Shown here: in pieces, positions 43,133 to 56,096 of the stretch
Numbering within the stretch: position 1 is the stretch's first letter
Layout: each line of letters begins with the position of its first letter
From: Escherichia coli
GTDB taxonomy: Bacteria > Pseudomonadota > Gammaproteobacteria > Enterobacterales > Enterobacteriaceae
Assembly: GCF_044324785.1 (NCBI RefSeq)
Contig: NZ_CP172127.1
Reading direction: 5' to 3' (one strand)
DNA: 64,000 nt
Program-made: the position numbers and the translations under genes
The notes under the pieces: model-generated
The model's input: the letters and a program-made list of their open reading frames with translations, nothing else
Databases searched by the model: none
What the model was told of the DNA's origin: nothing

Positions 43133-43164
43133 GGCCGGGTAAAGTCTCACCCGGCTGTAATTTT
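43133..43164 (+). terminator. Rho-independent terminator after yaeH
   Basis: GCCGGGTAAAGTCTCACCCGGC hairpin followed by TGTAATTTT. Confidence 0.6.
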
Positions 43165-43173
43165 GTCATCGAC

Positions 43174-44331
43174 CTACCGCTCTTCATCCAGTTGTAACGC
43201 CACATACAGCAGCAATCTGTCATCAAAATTGCCCAAATCAAGCCCGGTCAGTTCCGATATACGATTAAGCCGATACTCCAGAGTATTACGATGAATAAAC
43301 AACGCCTTTGACGTTGCCAGCGGTTGCACATTGTGGCGAAACCACGCCGCCAGCGTTCGCCGCAGCAAGCCGTTATTGTCCATCGCTTTCAGCCGCGCCA
43401 GCGGTCGCGCCAGTTCGTTGGCCTGCCAGTCGCCACGCAAACTGTCGAGTAACACAGGCAACATCAGATCCTGATAAAAATAGCAGCGACTTTCAGGCAT
43501 TCGCTGTTTACCCACCACCATCGTCGTTTTCGCCGTACGATAGGATCGGGCAATACTGCCCGGTCCGGTAAAATAGTTGCCCAGCGAAACGCGAAAACGC
43601 AGCTGGCCGTACTCTTTCATGCGGGTAATGAGTTGTTCAACTCGCTTACGATGATCTTCTGCATCCCAGCGCCCAAAAGAGTTCAACGCCGGTTTCAACA
43701 CCACCATTTCGGTCAGCGAGACAATCGCCACCAGATTATTACGCTCAGGCGTAGTCAGCGCGTTTTGCAGTTGCTGTAACTCCGCCATTGCGCTGTCCAC
43801 GCCAAGCTGACCGCTGTCGACCTCAACAATAGCCACCACTCGCGGTTGATTGAGATCGATCCCCAGCCGTTGCGCCCATTCAGTAAGTGCGGGGGTATTC
43901 TCCTCAGCCTGAATCAGGTTCATCACCAGTTCTTCCCGCAAACGGCTATCCTGCGCCAACAGGTGCATCAACCGCGACTGTTCCAGCATCATTTCAGCCG
44001 TCATGCAGACCAGTTCGCCATATTTACGCAGGTTCTCTGGTTCACCAGTCAGGCCAATTACGCCGACAATTTCACCTTCCAGCCGTAACGGTAGATTAAT
44101 CCCTTGCCGCACACCGTGCAGATGACGTGCCACCGCGTCATCGATATCCACTACTCGTCCCTGTGAAAGTACCAGCAATGCACCTTCGTGCAATTCACCA
44201 ATACGCTCACGATCGCCGCTGCCGATAATTCGCCCGCGGGCATCCATTACGTTGATATTGGTATCGATGATGCGCATGGTACGTGCCACGATATCCTGCG
44301 CCATTTTGGTATCAAGATGCCAGCCAGCCAT
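43174..44331 (-). CDS. cdaR: Carbohydrate diacid regulator (SdaR)
   Basis: 385-aa protein recognised as CdaR with C-terminal HTH; start at MAGWHLD inside the 391-aa ORF. Confidence 0.9.
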   Translation of the reverse strand: MAGWHLDTKMAQDIVARTMRIIDTNINVMDARGRIIGSGDRERIGELHEGALLVLSQGRVVDIDDAVARHLHGVRQGINLPLRLEGEIVGVIGLTGEPENLRKYGELVCMTAEMMLEQSRLMHLLAQDSRLREELVMNLIQAEENTPALTEWAQRLGIDLNQPRVVAIVEVDSGQLGVDSAMAELQQLQNALTTPERNNLVAIVSLTEMVVLKPALNSFGRWDAEDHRKRVEQLITRMKEYGQLRFRVSLGNYFTGPGSIARSYRTAKTTMVVGKQRMPESRCYFYQDLMLPVLLDSLRGDWQANELARPLARLKAMDNNGLLRRTLAAWFRHNVQPLATSKALFIHRNTLEYRLNRISELTGLDLGNFDDRLLLYVALQLDEER

Positions 44332-44439
44332 AAGTCCTCCGTTATGCACGGCTTAGCATAAGGAAGTACGTAACGTACGGCATTGTGCAAATGCCCAAAG
44401 GATGATGAAGATGTATGGAGTTGTGGCGAAGTTCACAGA

Positions 44440-44477
44440 TTGTAAGGAGAACCCCTTCCCGTATTCAGGAAGGGGTT
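44440..44477 (-). terminator. Terminator hairpin after degP
   Basis: AACCCCTTCC-loop-GGAAGGGGTT 10-bp stem immediately downstream of degP stop. Confidence 0.55.
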
Positions 44478-44485
44478 GAGGGAGA

Positions 44486-45910
44486 TTACTGCATTAACAG
44501 GTAGATGGTGCTGTCGCCGCGCTGAATGTTCAGTGCCAGCACAGACGGTTTGCTGTCGAGAACTTTACGCAGTTCAGCGATATTTTTCACTGCCTGCTGG
44601 TTCGCGCCAATAATCACATCACCTTTTTTCAGGCCGATCTGCGCAGCCGGAGTGCCCGTTTTCACGTTGTTCACTACCACGCCCTGATCTTTGCCTTTGT
44701 TGCTCATCTCAGCGCCTTCAATGCCGTTGAAGATGGAGCTGGAATCAACCTGATTCTGGCTGCTCTGCTGCAGTTCCAGGTTCACGTTAACCTGCTTACC
44801 GTCGCGCAGTAAGCCCAGGGTCAGTTTGCTACCCACCGGCATAGTACCCACCTGAGCACGCAGCGCGGCAAAGCTGCTGATTGGCTTACCGTTCAGTGAG
44901 GTGATCACATCACCCGCTTTAATGCCCGCTTTTGCAGCGGAGGAGTTAGGCAGAACCTGGCTTACGAAAGCACCGCGCTGGGCGTCAACTTTCATCGCTT
45001 TCGCCAGTTCGGAGTTCAGCTCAGTCCCCATAATACCCAGCTCACCGCGTTTCACCTGGCCGTATTCCACCATCTGAGAGGTCAGGTTTTTCACCATGTT
45101 ACTCGGGATAGCAAAACCGATACCGATGTTGCCGCCGTCCGGTGCGAGGATCGCGGTGTTGATACCGATCAGTTCGCCGTTCAGGTTAACCAACGCACCA
45201 CCGGAGTTACCACGGTTGATCGCTGCATCGGTCTGGATGAAGTTTTCGTAGTTTTCAGCATTCAGGCCGCTACGCCCCAGCGCAGAGACAATCCCGGAAG
45301 TTACCGTCTCACCCAGACCAAACGGGTTACCAATTGCTACGGTGTAATCACCCACGCGCAGTGCATCAGAATCCGCCATCTTAATTGCGGTCAGATTTTT
45401 CGGGTTCTGGATCTGGATCAGCGCGATATCAGAGCGCGGATCTTTGCCAACCATCTTCGCGTCGAACTTACGACCATCGCTCAGCTGGACTTTAATCACC
45501 GTCGCGTTATCAACAACGTGGTTGTTGGTGACGACATAGCCTTTATCGGCATCAATGATGACGCCGGAACCCAGCGCCATGAATTTCTGTTGCTGGCCGC
45601 CGCCATTACCGCCCTGGCCCCCCTGGCAGAACGGAGAGCTCTGGAACGGAGAACCTTCCTGGCAGAACGGAGAATCATCACCGAAGAACTGCTGGAAATT
45701 ACGCGGCATACGCGGCGTATTAACGGTTGTGCTACCTTCTACGTTAATGCTGACCACTGAAGGCATCACCTTTTCGAGCATCGGTGCAAGGCTTGGCATC
45801 TGCTGGGCTGTCGTTGCTGAAGAAGTCTCAGCCGCCGTTGCAGAGAGCGGAGATAACGCCAAACCTAAACTCAGAGCCAGTGCACTCAGTGCTAATGTGG
45901 TTTTTTTCAT
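44486..45910 (-). CDS. degP: Periplasmic serine endoprotease/chaperone DegP (HtrA)
   Basis: 474-aa ORF with signal peptide, trypsin-like domain (GNSGGAL) and two PDZ domains; recognised DegP. Confidence 0.97.
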   Translation of the reverse strand: MKKTTLALSALALSLGLALSPLSATAAETSSATTAQQMPSLAPMLEKVMPSVVSINVEGSTTVNTPRMPRNFQQFFGDDSPFCQEGSPFQSSPFCQGGQGGNGGGQQQKFMALGSGVIIDADKGYVVTNNHVVDNATVIKVQLSDGRKFDAKMVGKDPRSDIALIQIQNPKNLTAIKMADSDALRVGDYTVAIGNPFGLGETVTSGIVSALGRSGLNAENYENFIQTDAAINRGNSGGALVNLNGELIGINTAILAPDGGNIGIGFAIPSNMVKNLTSQMVEYGQVKRGELGIMGTELNSELAKAMKVDAQRGAFVSQVLPNSSAAKAGIKAGDVITSLNGKPISSFAALRAQVGTMPVGSKLTLGLLRDGKQVNVNLELQQSSQNQVDSSSIFNGIEGAEMSNKGKDQGVVVNNVKTGTPAAQIGLKKGDVIIGANQQAVKNIAELRKVLDSKPSVLALNIQRGDSTIYLLMQ

Positions 45911-45949
45911 GTATTTCAGTCTCGATTAACAGATAACGCAAAATTGCTG

Positions 45950-45990
45950 TGTTCTTCAGATTCGTTTTATAGCGCGAAGTTCCGAACTAA
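45950..45990 (-). promoter_or_regulatory. Sigma-E (RpoE) promoter of degP
   Basis: Minus strand reads CGGAACTTCGCGCTATAAAACGAATCTGAAGAACAC: -35 GGAACTT and -10 TCTGA with canonical spacing. Confidence 0.7.
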
Positions 45991-46039
45991 AGTTTCTGCA
46001 AAAGGTAAAAATTTATTGTTCGTCTTTACAAAAGCCTGG

Positions 46040-47557
46040 TTATTGTTCTACGGCCATCAGACGTCGGTATTCATCCCAGGCATAGAGGTCGGTCATACCG
46101 CTGATATAATCCTGCAGCAGGCGGCAACGGTAATAATATTCCCATAGCGGAAACTCAGGAGAATCTGACGGTAATTTACTGACAGCCTCGACATAGGCCA
46201 GCCGATGGCGCGTCGAGAGTTTGTGGAATAAGCGCGATTCAATAGGGAAACGTTTCACCCGTTCTTTTTCTACCAGTTCAGTAAAGTCTGATAACGACAG
46301 GCTTAATAAAGGACGATAAATCTCTAATAATCCGCTAATGACCCGATAGCCCTGCAATTCAAGCTGCTCGACATCTGGATGGCTAAATACATGTTTTACA
46401 GCGACATTTTTATATAGCTTTAGAAGATCGCTGCATTCGCTGGCATCTTCCAATAATGCATGATTAAACGTTCCGGCGAAAATCGCAGGCAGATTATCAA
46501 TAAATCGTTGTGCCGCGTAGGGTACCAGTTTATTTAGGGTGTTTACCCGTAAATACATAAAAAACTGATCTTCCGTACTGCGGCTTAAAGTATTTGAGCG
46601 TGATTTTTCCCAGGCATTTTCAACCACCAGCGAAAAGAGCGAACCTTTCTCATGCTTGCCCCACGCTTCGTGCAAATGATGATAAAGCTGCTCAACGCTA
46701 AATATTCTTTTCTCTACCGCATCTTCAAGATCTGCCACACAATAGGAGATGTCGTCGGCAGCTTCCATAATCCACGTTAATGGAAAACGACTGTAAAGCG
46801 CCAAATTAAGTTCTTTACGCAACCGGGCAATATAGGCTTCTTCAGAAAGATAATAACCCGGCTTTTTCATTAAATAGTGATGTGTCTCAGGCGTTTCGCC
46901 ACGCCACCACGCCGGACGGGTATATTTTAAAATAACGCCAACCTGTGCCCAGGTGAGATTCATCCGCATCAATGTATGCACCAGACGAATGCCTTGTGCA
47001 TTCCCCTCAAAATGACATAAGTCCTGACGAATCTTGCGCCGCAGCTCGTTAAGCGGTTCTTCCCCGTCCCGTAAACGTAGTGCCGCCACGCTGCAGCGAT
47101 CGTCAGTCAGAGGCTGGCTTTCGGCATCTTCCGGGTGCAAACGTTGGCGAAACCAGTCATTTATCGCTGCTTCGCCAAAATGACCAAACGGCGGATTGCC
47201 GATATCGTGCATCAGGCATGACATCTCAACAATGCTTTCAAAAGGTCCGGTCAGTTCATCCAGGCCGTATGCTTCCAGCAATTTAAGCTCTTTCAGACGG
47301 CTTAAAATTTCTTTGGCGATGTAGCGCCCCACCTGCTGGACTTCCATTGAGTGGGTAAGACGCGTGCGCACGGCAGCATTGCGCTCCAGTGGAAAAACCT
47401 GGGTCTTTTGTTGCAGACGACGAATTGCCGGAGAGTTGATGATACGCCCGCGATCGCTCTCGAAGATCCGCAGAATCTCATGTTCGGTTTTAACGCCCTG
47501 CGGTGAACGGTAACGACGATGCCAGTTTATTTTTTTTCGGAAATCAATCTGTGCCAT
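46040..47557 (-). CDS. dgt: dGTP triphosphohydrolase
   Basis: 505-aa ORF with HD motif; recognised Dgt. Confidence 0.95.
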   Translation of the reverse strand: MAQIDFRKKINWHRRYRSPQGVKTEHEILRIFESDRGRIINSPAIRRLQQKTQVFPLERNAAVRTRLTHSMEVQQVGRYIAKEILSRLKELKLLEAYGLDELTGPFESIVEMSCLMHDIGNPPFGHFGEAAINDWFRQRLHPEDAESQPLTDDRCSVAALRLRDGEEPLNELRRKIRQDLCHFEGNAQGIRLVHTLMRMNLTWAQVGVILKYTRPAWWRGETPETHHYLMKKPGYYLSEEAYIARLRKELNLALYSRFPLTWIMEAADDISYCVADLEDAVEKRIFSVEQLYHHLHEAWGKHEKGSLFSLVVENAWEKSRSNTLSRSTEDQFFMYLRVNTLNKLVPYAAQRFIDNLPAIFAGTFNHALLEDASECSDLLKLYKNVAVKHVFSHPDVEQLELQGYRVISGLLEIYRPLLSLSLSDFTELVEKERVKRFPIESRLFHKLSTRHRLAYVEAVSKLPSDSPEFPLWEYYYRCRLLQDYISGMTDLYAWDEYRRLMAVEQ

Positions 47558-47640
47558 GTCCTCTCCCGCGTGAGAAATACGCTTCCCCGTAAGCGCATGG
47601 TAAACTATGCCTTCAAATCGGGCTTATCGCGAGTAAATCT

Positions 47641-48339
47641 ATGAAAATCGGCATCATTGGTGCAATGGAAGAAGAAGTTACGCTGCTGCGTGACAAAATC
47701 GAAAACCGTCAAACTATCAGTCTGGGCGGTTGCGAAATCTATACCGGCCAACTGAATGGAACCGAGGTTGCGCTTCTGAAATCGGGCATCGGTAAAGTCG
47801 CTGCGGCGCTGGGTGCCACTCTGCTGTTGGAACACTGCAAGCCAGATGTGATTATTAACACCGGTTCTGCCGGTGGCCTGGCACCAACGCTGAAAGTGGG
47901 CGATATCGTTGTCTCGGACGAAGCACGTTATCACGACGCGGATGTCACGGCATTTGGTTATGAATACGGTCAGTTACCAGGCTGCCCGGCTGGCTTCAAA
48001 GCTGACGATAAACTGATCGCTGCCGCTGAGGCCTGCATTGCCGAACTGAATCTTAACGCTGTACGTGGCCTGATTGTCAGCGGCGACGCTTTCATCAACG
48101 GTTCTGTTGGTCTGGCGAAAATCCGCCACAACTTCCCACAGGCCATTGCTGTAGAGATGGAAGCGACGGCAATCGCCCATGTCTGCCACAATTTCAACGT
48201 CCCGTTTGTTGTCGTACGCGCCATCTCCGACGTGGCCGATCAACAGTCTCATCTTAGCTTCGATGAGTTCCTGGCTGTTGCCGCTAAACAGTCCAGCCTG
48301 ATGGTTGAGTCACTGGTGCAGAAACTGGCACATGGCTAA
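47641..48339 (+). CDS. mtnN: 5'-methylthioadenosine/S-adenosylhomocysteine nucleosidase
   Basis: 232-aa ORF recognised as Mtn/Pfs. Confidence 0.96.
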   Translation: MKIGIIGAMEEEVTLLRDKIENRQTISLGGCEIYTGQLNGTEVALLKSGIGKVAAALGATLLLEHCKPDVIINTGSAGGLAPTLKVGDIVVSDEARYHDADVTAFGYEYGQLPGCPAGFKADDKLIAAAEACIAELNLNAVRGLIVSGDAFINGSVGLAKIRHNFPQAIAVEMEATAIAHVCHNFNVPFVVVRAISDVADQQSHLSFDEFLAVAAKQSSLMVESLVQKLAHG

Positions 48340-49132
48340 GTCACTGTTCAGGGCGCTGGTCGCCCTGTCTTTTCTTGCGCCACTGTGGCTCAACGCCGCG
48401 CCGCGCGTCATCACGCTTTCTCCCGCCAACACTGAACTTGCCTTTGCCGCCGGGATCACGCCGGTTGGGGTCAGCAGCTATTCCGACTATCCTCCACAAG
48501 CGCAAAAGATTGAGCAGGTTTCCACCTGGCAGGGGATGAATCTGGAACGCATTGTCGCGCTGAAACCCGATCTGGTGATTGCCTGGCGTGGAGGTAATGC
48601 CGAGCGGCAGGTTGACCAGCTGGCTTCTCTGGGAATAAAAGTGATGTGGGTCGATGCGACAAGCATTGAACAAATTGCCAATGCGTTACGTCAACTGGCC
48701 CCCTGGAGTCCGCAACCAGACAAGGCCGAACAAGCCGCGCAATCCCTGCTGGACCAGTACGCGCAATTGAAAGCGCAATATGCTGATAAACCTAAAAAAC
48801 GTGTTTTTCTGCAATTCGGCATTAATCCGCCATTTACCAGTGGAAAAGAGTCGATTCAAAACCAGGTACTCGAAGTTTGTGGCGGAGAAAACATCTTTAA
48901 AGACAGCCGGGTTCCCTGGCCGCAAGTTAGCCGCGAACAGGTGTTAGCACGCTCGCCACAGGCGATTGTCATTACAGGCGGACCGGACCAAATTCCTAAA
49001 ATCAAACAATACTGGGGTGAACAGCTCAAAATTCCCGTTATTCCTCTCACGAGTGACTGGTTTGAACGTGCAAGCCCACGTATTATCCTCGCTGCACAAC
49101 AGCTCTGTAATGCGCTTTCACAGGTAGATTAG
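48332..49132 (+). CDS. btuF: Vitamin B12 periplasmic binding protein
   Basis: 266-aa protein recognised as BtuF with signal peptide; start (MAKSLFRAL) overlaps mtn stop by 8 nt. Confidence 0.92.
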   Translation: MAKSLFRALVALSFLAPLWLNAAPRVITLSPANTELAFAAGITPVGVSSYSDYPPQAQKIEQVSTWQGMNLERIVALKPDLVIAWRGGNAERQVDQLASLGIKVMWVDATSIEQIANALRQLAPWSPQPDKAEQAAQSLLDQYAQLKAQYADKPKKRVFLQFGINPPFTSGKESIQNQVLEVCGGENIFKDSRVPWPQVSREQVLARSPQAIVITGGPDQIPKIKQYWGEQLKIPVIPLTSDWFERASPRIILAAQQLCNALSQVD

Positions 49133-49169
49133 CGCCTGACCTTTTCAGGTGCTCAGTGGGGATTGAACA

Positions 49170-49793
49170 ATGCTCGTCTATTGGCTGGATATAGTCGGCA
49201 CAGCGGTATTTGCCATCTCCGGCGTTTTGTTAGCCGGAAAATTGCGTATGGACCCTTTTGGTGTTCTGGTATTGGGCGTAGTTACCGCAGTAGGCGGCGG
49301 AACAATTCGCGACATGGCGCTGGATCACGGCCCGGTATTTTGGGTGAAAGATCCCACCGATCTGGTCGTTGCAATGGTCACCAGCATGCTGACCATCGTG
49401 CTGGTGCGCCAGCCAAGACGCTTACCAAAATGGATGTTGCCGGTGCTGGACGCCGTTGGTCTGGCGGTGTTTGTCGGCATTGGCGTGAATAAAGCCTTTA
49501 ATGCGGAAGCCGGTCCGTTAATCGCGGTTTGTATGGGCGTCATTACTGGCGTTGGCGGCGGGATCATTCGTGATGTACTGGCCCGCGAGATCCCCATGAT
49601 TTTACGTACAGAAATCTACGCAACAGCCTGTATTATCGGCGGTATTGTCCACGCTACGGCTTATTACACATTTTCCGTACCACTGGAAACAGCCAGTATG
49701 ATGGGCATGGTCGTGACGCTATTGATTCGACTGGCGGCTATTCGTTGGCATCTTAAGCTACCGACGTTTGCGCTGGATGAGAATGGGCGTTGA
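49170..49793 (+). CDS. yadS: UPF0126 inner-membrane protein YadS
   Basis: 207-aa hydrophobic ORF with duplicated Gly-rich halves; recognised YadS. Confidence 0.9.
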   Translation: MLVYWLDIVGTAVFAISGVLLAGKLRMDPFGVLVLGVVTAVGGGTIRDMALDHGPVFWVKDPTDLVVAMVTSMLTIVLVRQPRRLPKWMLPVLDAVGLAVFVGIGVNKAFNAEAGPLIAVCMGVITGVGGGIIRDVLAREIPMILRTEIYATACIIGGIVHATAYYTFSVPLETASMMGMVVTLLIRLAAIRWHLKLPTFALDENGR

Positions 49794-49802
49794 AGAGAGA
49801 AG

Positions 49803-49829
49803 ATGTGCCGGATAGTTTATCCGGCACAT
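49803..49829. terminator. Perfect 12-bp hairpin between convergent yadS and erpA
   Basis: ATGTGCCGGATA-GTT-TATCCGGCACAT. Confidence 0.45.
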
Positions 49830-49839
49830 GAACAACAGA

Positions 49840-50184
49840 TTAGATACTAAAGGAAGAACCGCAACCGCAGGTGCTTTTCGCGTTCGGGTTGGTCACGATG
49901 AAACGAGAACCTTCCAGACCTTCGGTATAGTCAACGGAACCGCCGACCAGATATTGCAGGCTCATCGGGTCAACCACCAGGCCAACGCCCTGTTTTTCGA
50001 TGGTCATATCGCCTTCGTTCACCTGATCATCAAAGGTGAAACCATACTGGAAGCCGCTGCAACCGCCACCGGTGATATACACGCGTAATTTCAGATTCGG
50101 GTTATCTTCGTCAGCGATCAGGCTTTTAACTTTGTTGGCTGCTGCGTCGGTAAACTCCAGCGGCAGTGCTACGTCATCACTCAT
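49840..50184 (-). CDS. erpA: Iron-sulfur cluster insertion protein ErpA
   Basis: 114-aa A-type carrier recognised (CSGFQYGF ... CGCGSSF); start trimmed to MSDDVALPL. Confidence 0.93.
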
Positions 50185-50265
50185 ATTTTGCTCCAAACGA
50201 CATCGGCAATTGGGCAAATTCTAACCCAATAATAATCGCCATTATCTAATACCCTGGTATTTCGT

Positions 50266-51705
<1,440 letters not shown>

Positions 51706-51911
51706 TCATACAAATAAGATGACGGCATTTTACTCGCACGTTCCATGAAAATCCTTTGCAAAGCGTAATGTTTCAAATGCACAAAACTTTTATACTCTAA
51801 GAAATCAGGATTGCACCAGTACAAGCAGCCTGATGTTTGACGAGTATTTAACTTGTTATGAATAACATAGAATAGCAGCCATTCACTTTTTCTACGAATC
51901 AGGAACCCTCC

Positions 51912-53192
51912 ATGAGTAAGTCTGAAAATCTTTACAGCGCAGCGCGCGAGCTGATCCCTGGCGGTGTGAACTCCCCTGTTCGCGCCTTTACTGGCGTGGG
52001 CGGCACTCCACTGTTTATCGAAAAAGCGGACGGCGCTTATCTGTACGATGTTGATGGCAAAGCCTATATCGATTATGTCGGTTCCTGGGGGCCGATGGTG
52101 CTGGGCCATAACCATCCGGCGATCCGCAATGCCGTGATTGAAGCCGCCGAGCGTGGTTTAAGCTTTGGTGCACCGACCGAAATGGAAGTGAAAATGGCGC
52201 AACTGGTGACCGAACTGGTCCCGACCATGGATATGGTGCGCATGGTGAACTCCGGCACTGAAGCGACCATGAGCGCCATCCGCCTGGCCCGTGGTTTTAC
52301 CGATCGCGACAAAATCATTAAATTTGAAGGTTGTTACCACGGTCACGCTGACTGCCTGCTGGTGAAAGCCGGTTCTGGCGCACTCACGTTAGGCCAGCCA
52401 AACTCGCCGGGCGTTCCGGCAGATTTCGCCAAACATACCTTAACCTGTACTTATAACGATCTGGCCTCTGTACGCGCCGCTTTCGAACAGTACCCGCAAG
52501 AGATTGCCTGTATTATCGTCGAGCCGGTGGCAGGCAATATGAACTGCGTTCCACCGCTGCCAGAGTTCCTGCCAGGTCTGCGTGCGCTGTGTGACGAATT
52601 TGGCGCGTTGCTGATCATCGATGAAGTGATGACCGGTTTCCGCGTAGCGCTAGCTGGCGCACAGGATTATTACGGCGTAGTACCAGATTTAACCTGCCTC
52701 GGCAAAATCATCGGCGGTGGAATGCCGGTAGGCGCATTCGGTGGTCGTCGTGATGTAATGGATGCGCTGGCCCCGACCGGTCCGGTCTATCAGGCGGGTA
52801 CGCTTTCCGGTAACCCGATTGCGATGGCAGCCGGTTTCGCCTGTCTGAATGAAGTCGCACAGCCGGGCGTTCACGAGACGCTGGATGAGCTGACAACACG
52901 TCTGGCAGAAGGTCTGCGGGAAGCGGCAGAAGAAGCCGGAATTCCGCTGGTGGTAAACCACGTTGGCGGCATGTTCGGTATTTTCTTTACCGACGCCGGG
53001 TCCGTGACGTGCTATCAGGATGTGATGGCCTGTGACGTGGAACGCTTTAAGCGTTTCTTCCATATGATGCTGGACGAAGGTGTTTACCTGGCACCGTCAG
53101 CGTTTGAAGCGGGCTTTATGTCTGTGGCGCACAGCATGGAAAATATCAATAACACCATCGATGCTGCACGTCGGGTGTTTGCGAAGTTGTGA
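51912..53192 (+). CDS. hemL: Glutamate-1-semialdehyde 2,1-aminomutase
   Basis: 426-aa ORF recognised as HemL. Confidence 0.96.
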   Translation: MSKSENLYSAARELIPGGVNSPVRAFTGVGGTPLFIEKADGAYLYDVDGKAYIDYVGSWGPMVLGHNHPAIRNAVIEAAERGLSFGAPTEMEVKMAQLVTELVPTMDMVRMVNSGTEATMSAIRLARGFTDRDKIIKFEGCYHGHADCLLVKAGSGALTLGQPNSPGVPADFAKHTLTCTYNDLASVRAAFEQYPQEIACIIVEPVAGNMNCVPPLPEFLPGLRALCDEFGALLIIDEVMTGFRVALAGAQDYYGVVPDLTCLGKIIGGGMPVGAFGGRRDVMDALAPTGPVYQAGTLSGNPIAMAAGFACLNEVAQPGVHETLDELTTRLAEGLREAAEEAGIPLVVNHVGGMFGIFFTDAGSVTCYQDVMACDVERFKRFFHMMLDEGVYLAPSAFEAGFMSVAHSMENINNTIDAARRVFAKL

Positions 53193-53226
53193 TGATTTTG
53201 CCTCGCCCACCGGGCGAGGCATTCGA

Positions 53227-55209
53227 TTAACGGCTCTGCTTTCTCAACAAATAGATAAAATACGGCGCGCCGATAAAGGTCGACAGCAGCCCCGCTGGGA
53301 TCTGGAATGGAAACAGCACCATCCGCCCACACCAGTCAGCGAACACCAGCAGTAAACCACCCACCAGCGCCGAAATTACGATGTGCGGCATCGTCCGTCG
53401 AAAGCCCATCATCCGCGCAATATGCGGTGCCATTAAACCAACAAAACTCAACGGTCCAATGGTCATTGTCGCGGTCGCCGTCAGGCAAGCCGCTAACAGC
53501 AGCAGCGCAATTCGCGTCGGCGTCAGCGCCATTCCCACGGCTCGTGCGGTATCACCTCCCAGCGGTAAAATGGTCAGCCAGCGGCGGCACAGCGGGGTAA
53601 TCGCCAGCAAAATCACCATCACAATTCCCGTGCGCCAGACCTGCGCATCGGTCGCGTTGTAGGTCGAACCGGAAATCCAGGTCAGAACTTGCGCCATTCG
53701 CGGGTCACCACTTGCCTGCAACATCATCAAAAGCATGGTGAACGCGGTACTTAACGCCATCCCCGCCAGTAACATGCGGTGTGGGGAAAATCCACCGCGT
53801 CCGGCGGCGATCATAATGATCAACAGCGTCACTGCCGCCCCGAGACTTCCCGCGGGTAACAGCCAGCCAAAGGCATTACCCGGCACCAGAAACAGCATTA
53901 ATACCACGCCAAACGCCGCGCCGGAGCTAATCCCCAGCACTTCCGGGCTTGCCATCGGGTTGCCGGTCAGCCGCTGAATAATACAGCCCGCCACCGCCAG
54001 CATGACGCCCGCAAACAGCGCCGCCATAATTCGCGGCCAGCGCCAGGGCATCAAATCCTCGAGCAACGCCCCGCTCGCCCACGTCCAGCCGTGCGCATCA
54101 CGACCAAACGACAGCGCCACCACCACAGCCATCAACAGCAGCACGCCGCCCGCGAGGGCAAACGCCAGCACATGTTGGCGTTCAGCAGCGACACGATCGT
54201 TCACCTTCATATCCGGCGCGCTAATGCTGCGTAAACGCGGCAGCAGCCACAGCAGCAGCGGCGCACCGAGGAGCGCAGTGACCGAACCGGTAGAAACTTC
54301 CATCCACACGCGAGTCAGCCAGAGGATGATTTGATCAGAAAGCCACAGAATTAACGCCCCAATCAGCGACGCCAGCATCAATCGTGGCAACAAACGCCGC
54401 GCCCCCAGCATTTTTGCCAGCAGCGGCGCGAACAACCCGATAAAGCCGATAATCCCCACTGCATTCACCAGCAGCGCACTGATGACTATCGCCAGCGACA
54501 GCGCCGCCAGACGCGCCAGCGACAAGGCCAGACCGAGATTGCGCGCCACGCCATCATCAAGCCCCATCAGGGTTAACGGGCGAAGTAGCAATAATGTCAG
54601 CATCACGCCGCCCAGCAGCTGCGGCCATAAACGCTCAACGCCGCCCCAGTCGGTTTGCGTCAGCGTTCCGGTGCTCCACAGGAACATGCTTTGTAGCTGG
54701 TCGTGATGGAAGATAACCAGTAACTGATTGATTGCTCCGCAATAAAGGCTCACCACCAGCCCCGCGAGGATCAGCGTTACCGGCGACAGCCGTTTCCCCC
54801 ACGCGACGCCAAAGACAATTAAGCCAACAACGCAAGCCCCTGCCAGCGCAGCAAACTGGCTCGCCATAGCACCTGGGATCGCCCAGAGCGTAGTGACGGT
54901 AATCCCCAGTTGCGCGCCTGTTGCAACGCCCAACGTCGTCGGTTCCGCCAGCGGGTTACGCAGCACTTGCTGAAACAGCACACCCACCAGCCCCAGGCCC
55001 GCGCCCACCAGCAGCGAAATCGCCAGACGCGGCAACAAGCTGTAGTGAAAAATCATCTGCTCGATGACATCGATATCCGGCGACCAGGCAGCCTGCGCCC
55101 ACTGGCTACGCGGCAGCGCTTGCGAAAAGTTCATCCAGGTGAGCGCCGCTGCGACAATCACCAGCAGCGCCAGCAATAACGCCGGGAAAAGCGCAATTCG
55201 TTTACTCAC
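53227..55209 (-). CDS. fhuB: Ferric hydroxamate ABC transporter permease
   Basis: 660-aa duplicated permease recognised as FhuB; overlaps fhuD stop by 4 nt. Confidence 0.95.
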   Translation of the reverse strand: MSKRIALFPALLLALLVIVAAALTWMNFSQALPRSQWAQAAWSPDIDVIEQMIFHYSLLPRLAISLLVGAGLGLVGVLFQQVLRNPLAEPTTLGVATGAQLGITVTTLWAIPGAMASQFAALAGACVVGLIVFGVAWGKRLSPVTLILAGLVVSLYCGAINQLLVIFHHDQLQSMFLWSTGTLTQTDWGGVERLWPQLLGGVMLTLLLLRPLTLMGLDDGVARNLGLALSLARLAALSLAIVISALLVNAVGIIGFIGLFAPLLAKMLGARRLLPRLMLASLIGALILWLSDQIILWLTRVWMEVSTGSVTALLGAPLLLWLLPRLRSISAPDMKVNDRVAAERQHVLAFALAGGVLLLMAVVVALSFGRDAHGWTWASGALLEDLMPWRWPRIMAALFAGVMLAVAGCIIQRLTGNPMASPEVLGISSGAAFGVVLMLFLVPGNAFGWLLPAGSLGAAVTLLIIMIAAGRGGFSPHRMLLAGMALSTAFTMLLMMLQASGDPRMAQVLTWISGSTYNATDAQVWRTGIVMVILLAITPLCRRWLTILPLGGDTARAVGMALTPTRIALLLLAACLTATATMTIGPLSFVGLMAPHIARMMGFRRTMPHIVISALVGGLLLVFADWCGRMVLFPFQIPAGLLSTFIGAPYFIYLLRKQSR

Positions 55210-56096
55210 GCTTTACCTCCGATGGCGTTATCCAGAATACGCACAAAGTGCATTGCCGAAAGCGTCGCGCCATAGAACCAGACCGCCGGAACGCGCTGAA
55301 AACGTCCTGCACGGACAAACGGCATGGCCTGCCACAGCGGGGTTGCCATTAGCGCATCCATGTCTTTGCTGTTGTCGTGATCAAAACAGAGCACATCAAC
55401 GTCTTTATACGCCGCCAGACGATCGATACTGACGGCGGTACTGCCCCAGAAGTTGGTTTCCCCTTGCCAGGCATTTGGGATGCCGTACTCATCAAGAATT
55501 TCCTGGAACAAGCTGTTTGGACCGAAGACCAGCATATGGCGCGGATCGATAAGCGTCGTCAGCAATAACGGGCGTGCACCACGCTTCACAAAGCGGGGTT
55601 TCATGCTGCGGATAAAGTCTTCATATTGCGCTAAATGCGTTTCTGCTGCGCTTTGCAGGTTAAGTAAATCTGCCATTTCCGTCAGTGATTTACGCGCCAT
55701 CACCAGCGGCTGTTTGCCGTCGCTGAAGTTAAATCCGCGCCCCGGCGCAATGCGTGCCAGCATTTCTGGTGAAGGGCCATATCCTGCCGACCAGACCATA
55801 AACGACGGTTTCATTTCGGTCAGCAGTTCAAGGTTAGGTTCTGTACGCAAACCAACGTCAATCACTGAGTCCGGCAATGGCGGTTCGCTGACCCACAGGC
55901 GATAGTTGATGGTATCCGCCACGCCGTAAGGCACGATGCCGAGCGCCAGCAGTAATTCCACCGGCAACCACTCCAGCGCCACAATACGATTGGGATCAAT
56001 AGCCGCCGCGTGGGCGGTATTCATCTGCCATAACAACGGAGAAAGCGCCATCGCCGTTAACAGTCGGCGGCGCGAAATAAGAGGTAAGCCGCTCAT
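55206..56096 (-). CDS. fhuD: Ferric hydroxamate periplasmic binding protein
   Basis: 296-aa protein with Tat-like signal (SRRRLLTAMA); recognised FhuD. Confidence 0.93.
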   Translation of the reverse strand: MSGLPLISRRRLLTAMALSPLLWQMNTAHAAAIDPNRIVALEWLPVELLLALGIVPYGVADTINYRLWVSEPPLPDSVIDVGLRTEPNLELLTEMKPSFMVWSAGYGPSPEMLARIAPGRGFNFSDGKQPLVMARKSLTEMADLLNLQSAAETHLAQYEDFIRSMKPRFVKRGARPLLLTTLIDPRHMLVFGPNSLFQEILDEYGIPNAWQGETNFWGSTAVSIDRLAAYKDVDVLCFDHDNSKDMDALMATPLWQAMPFVRAGRFQRVPAVWFYGATLSAMHFVRILDNAIGGKA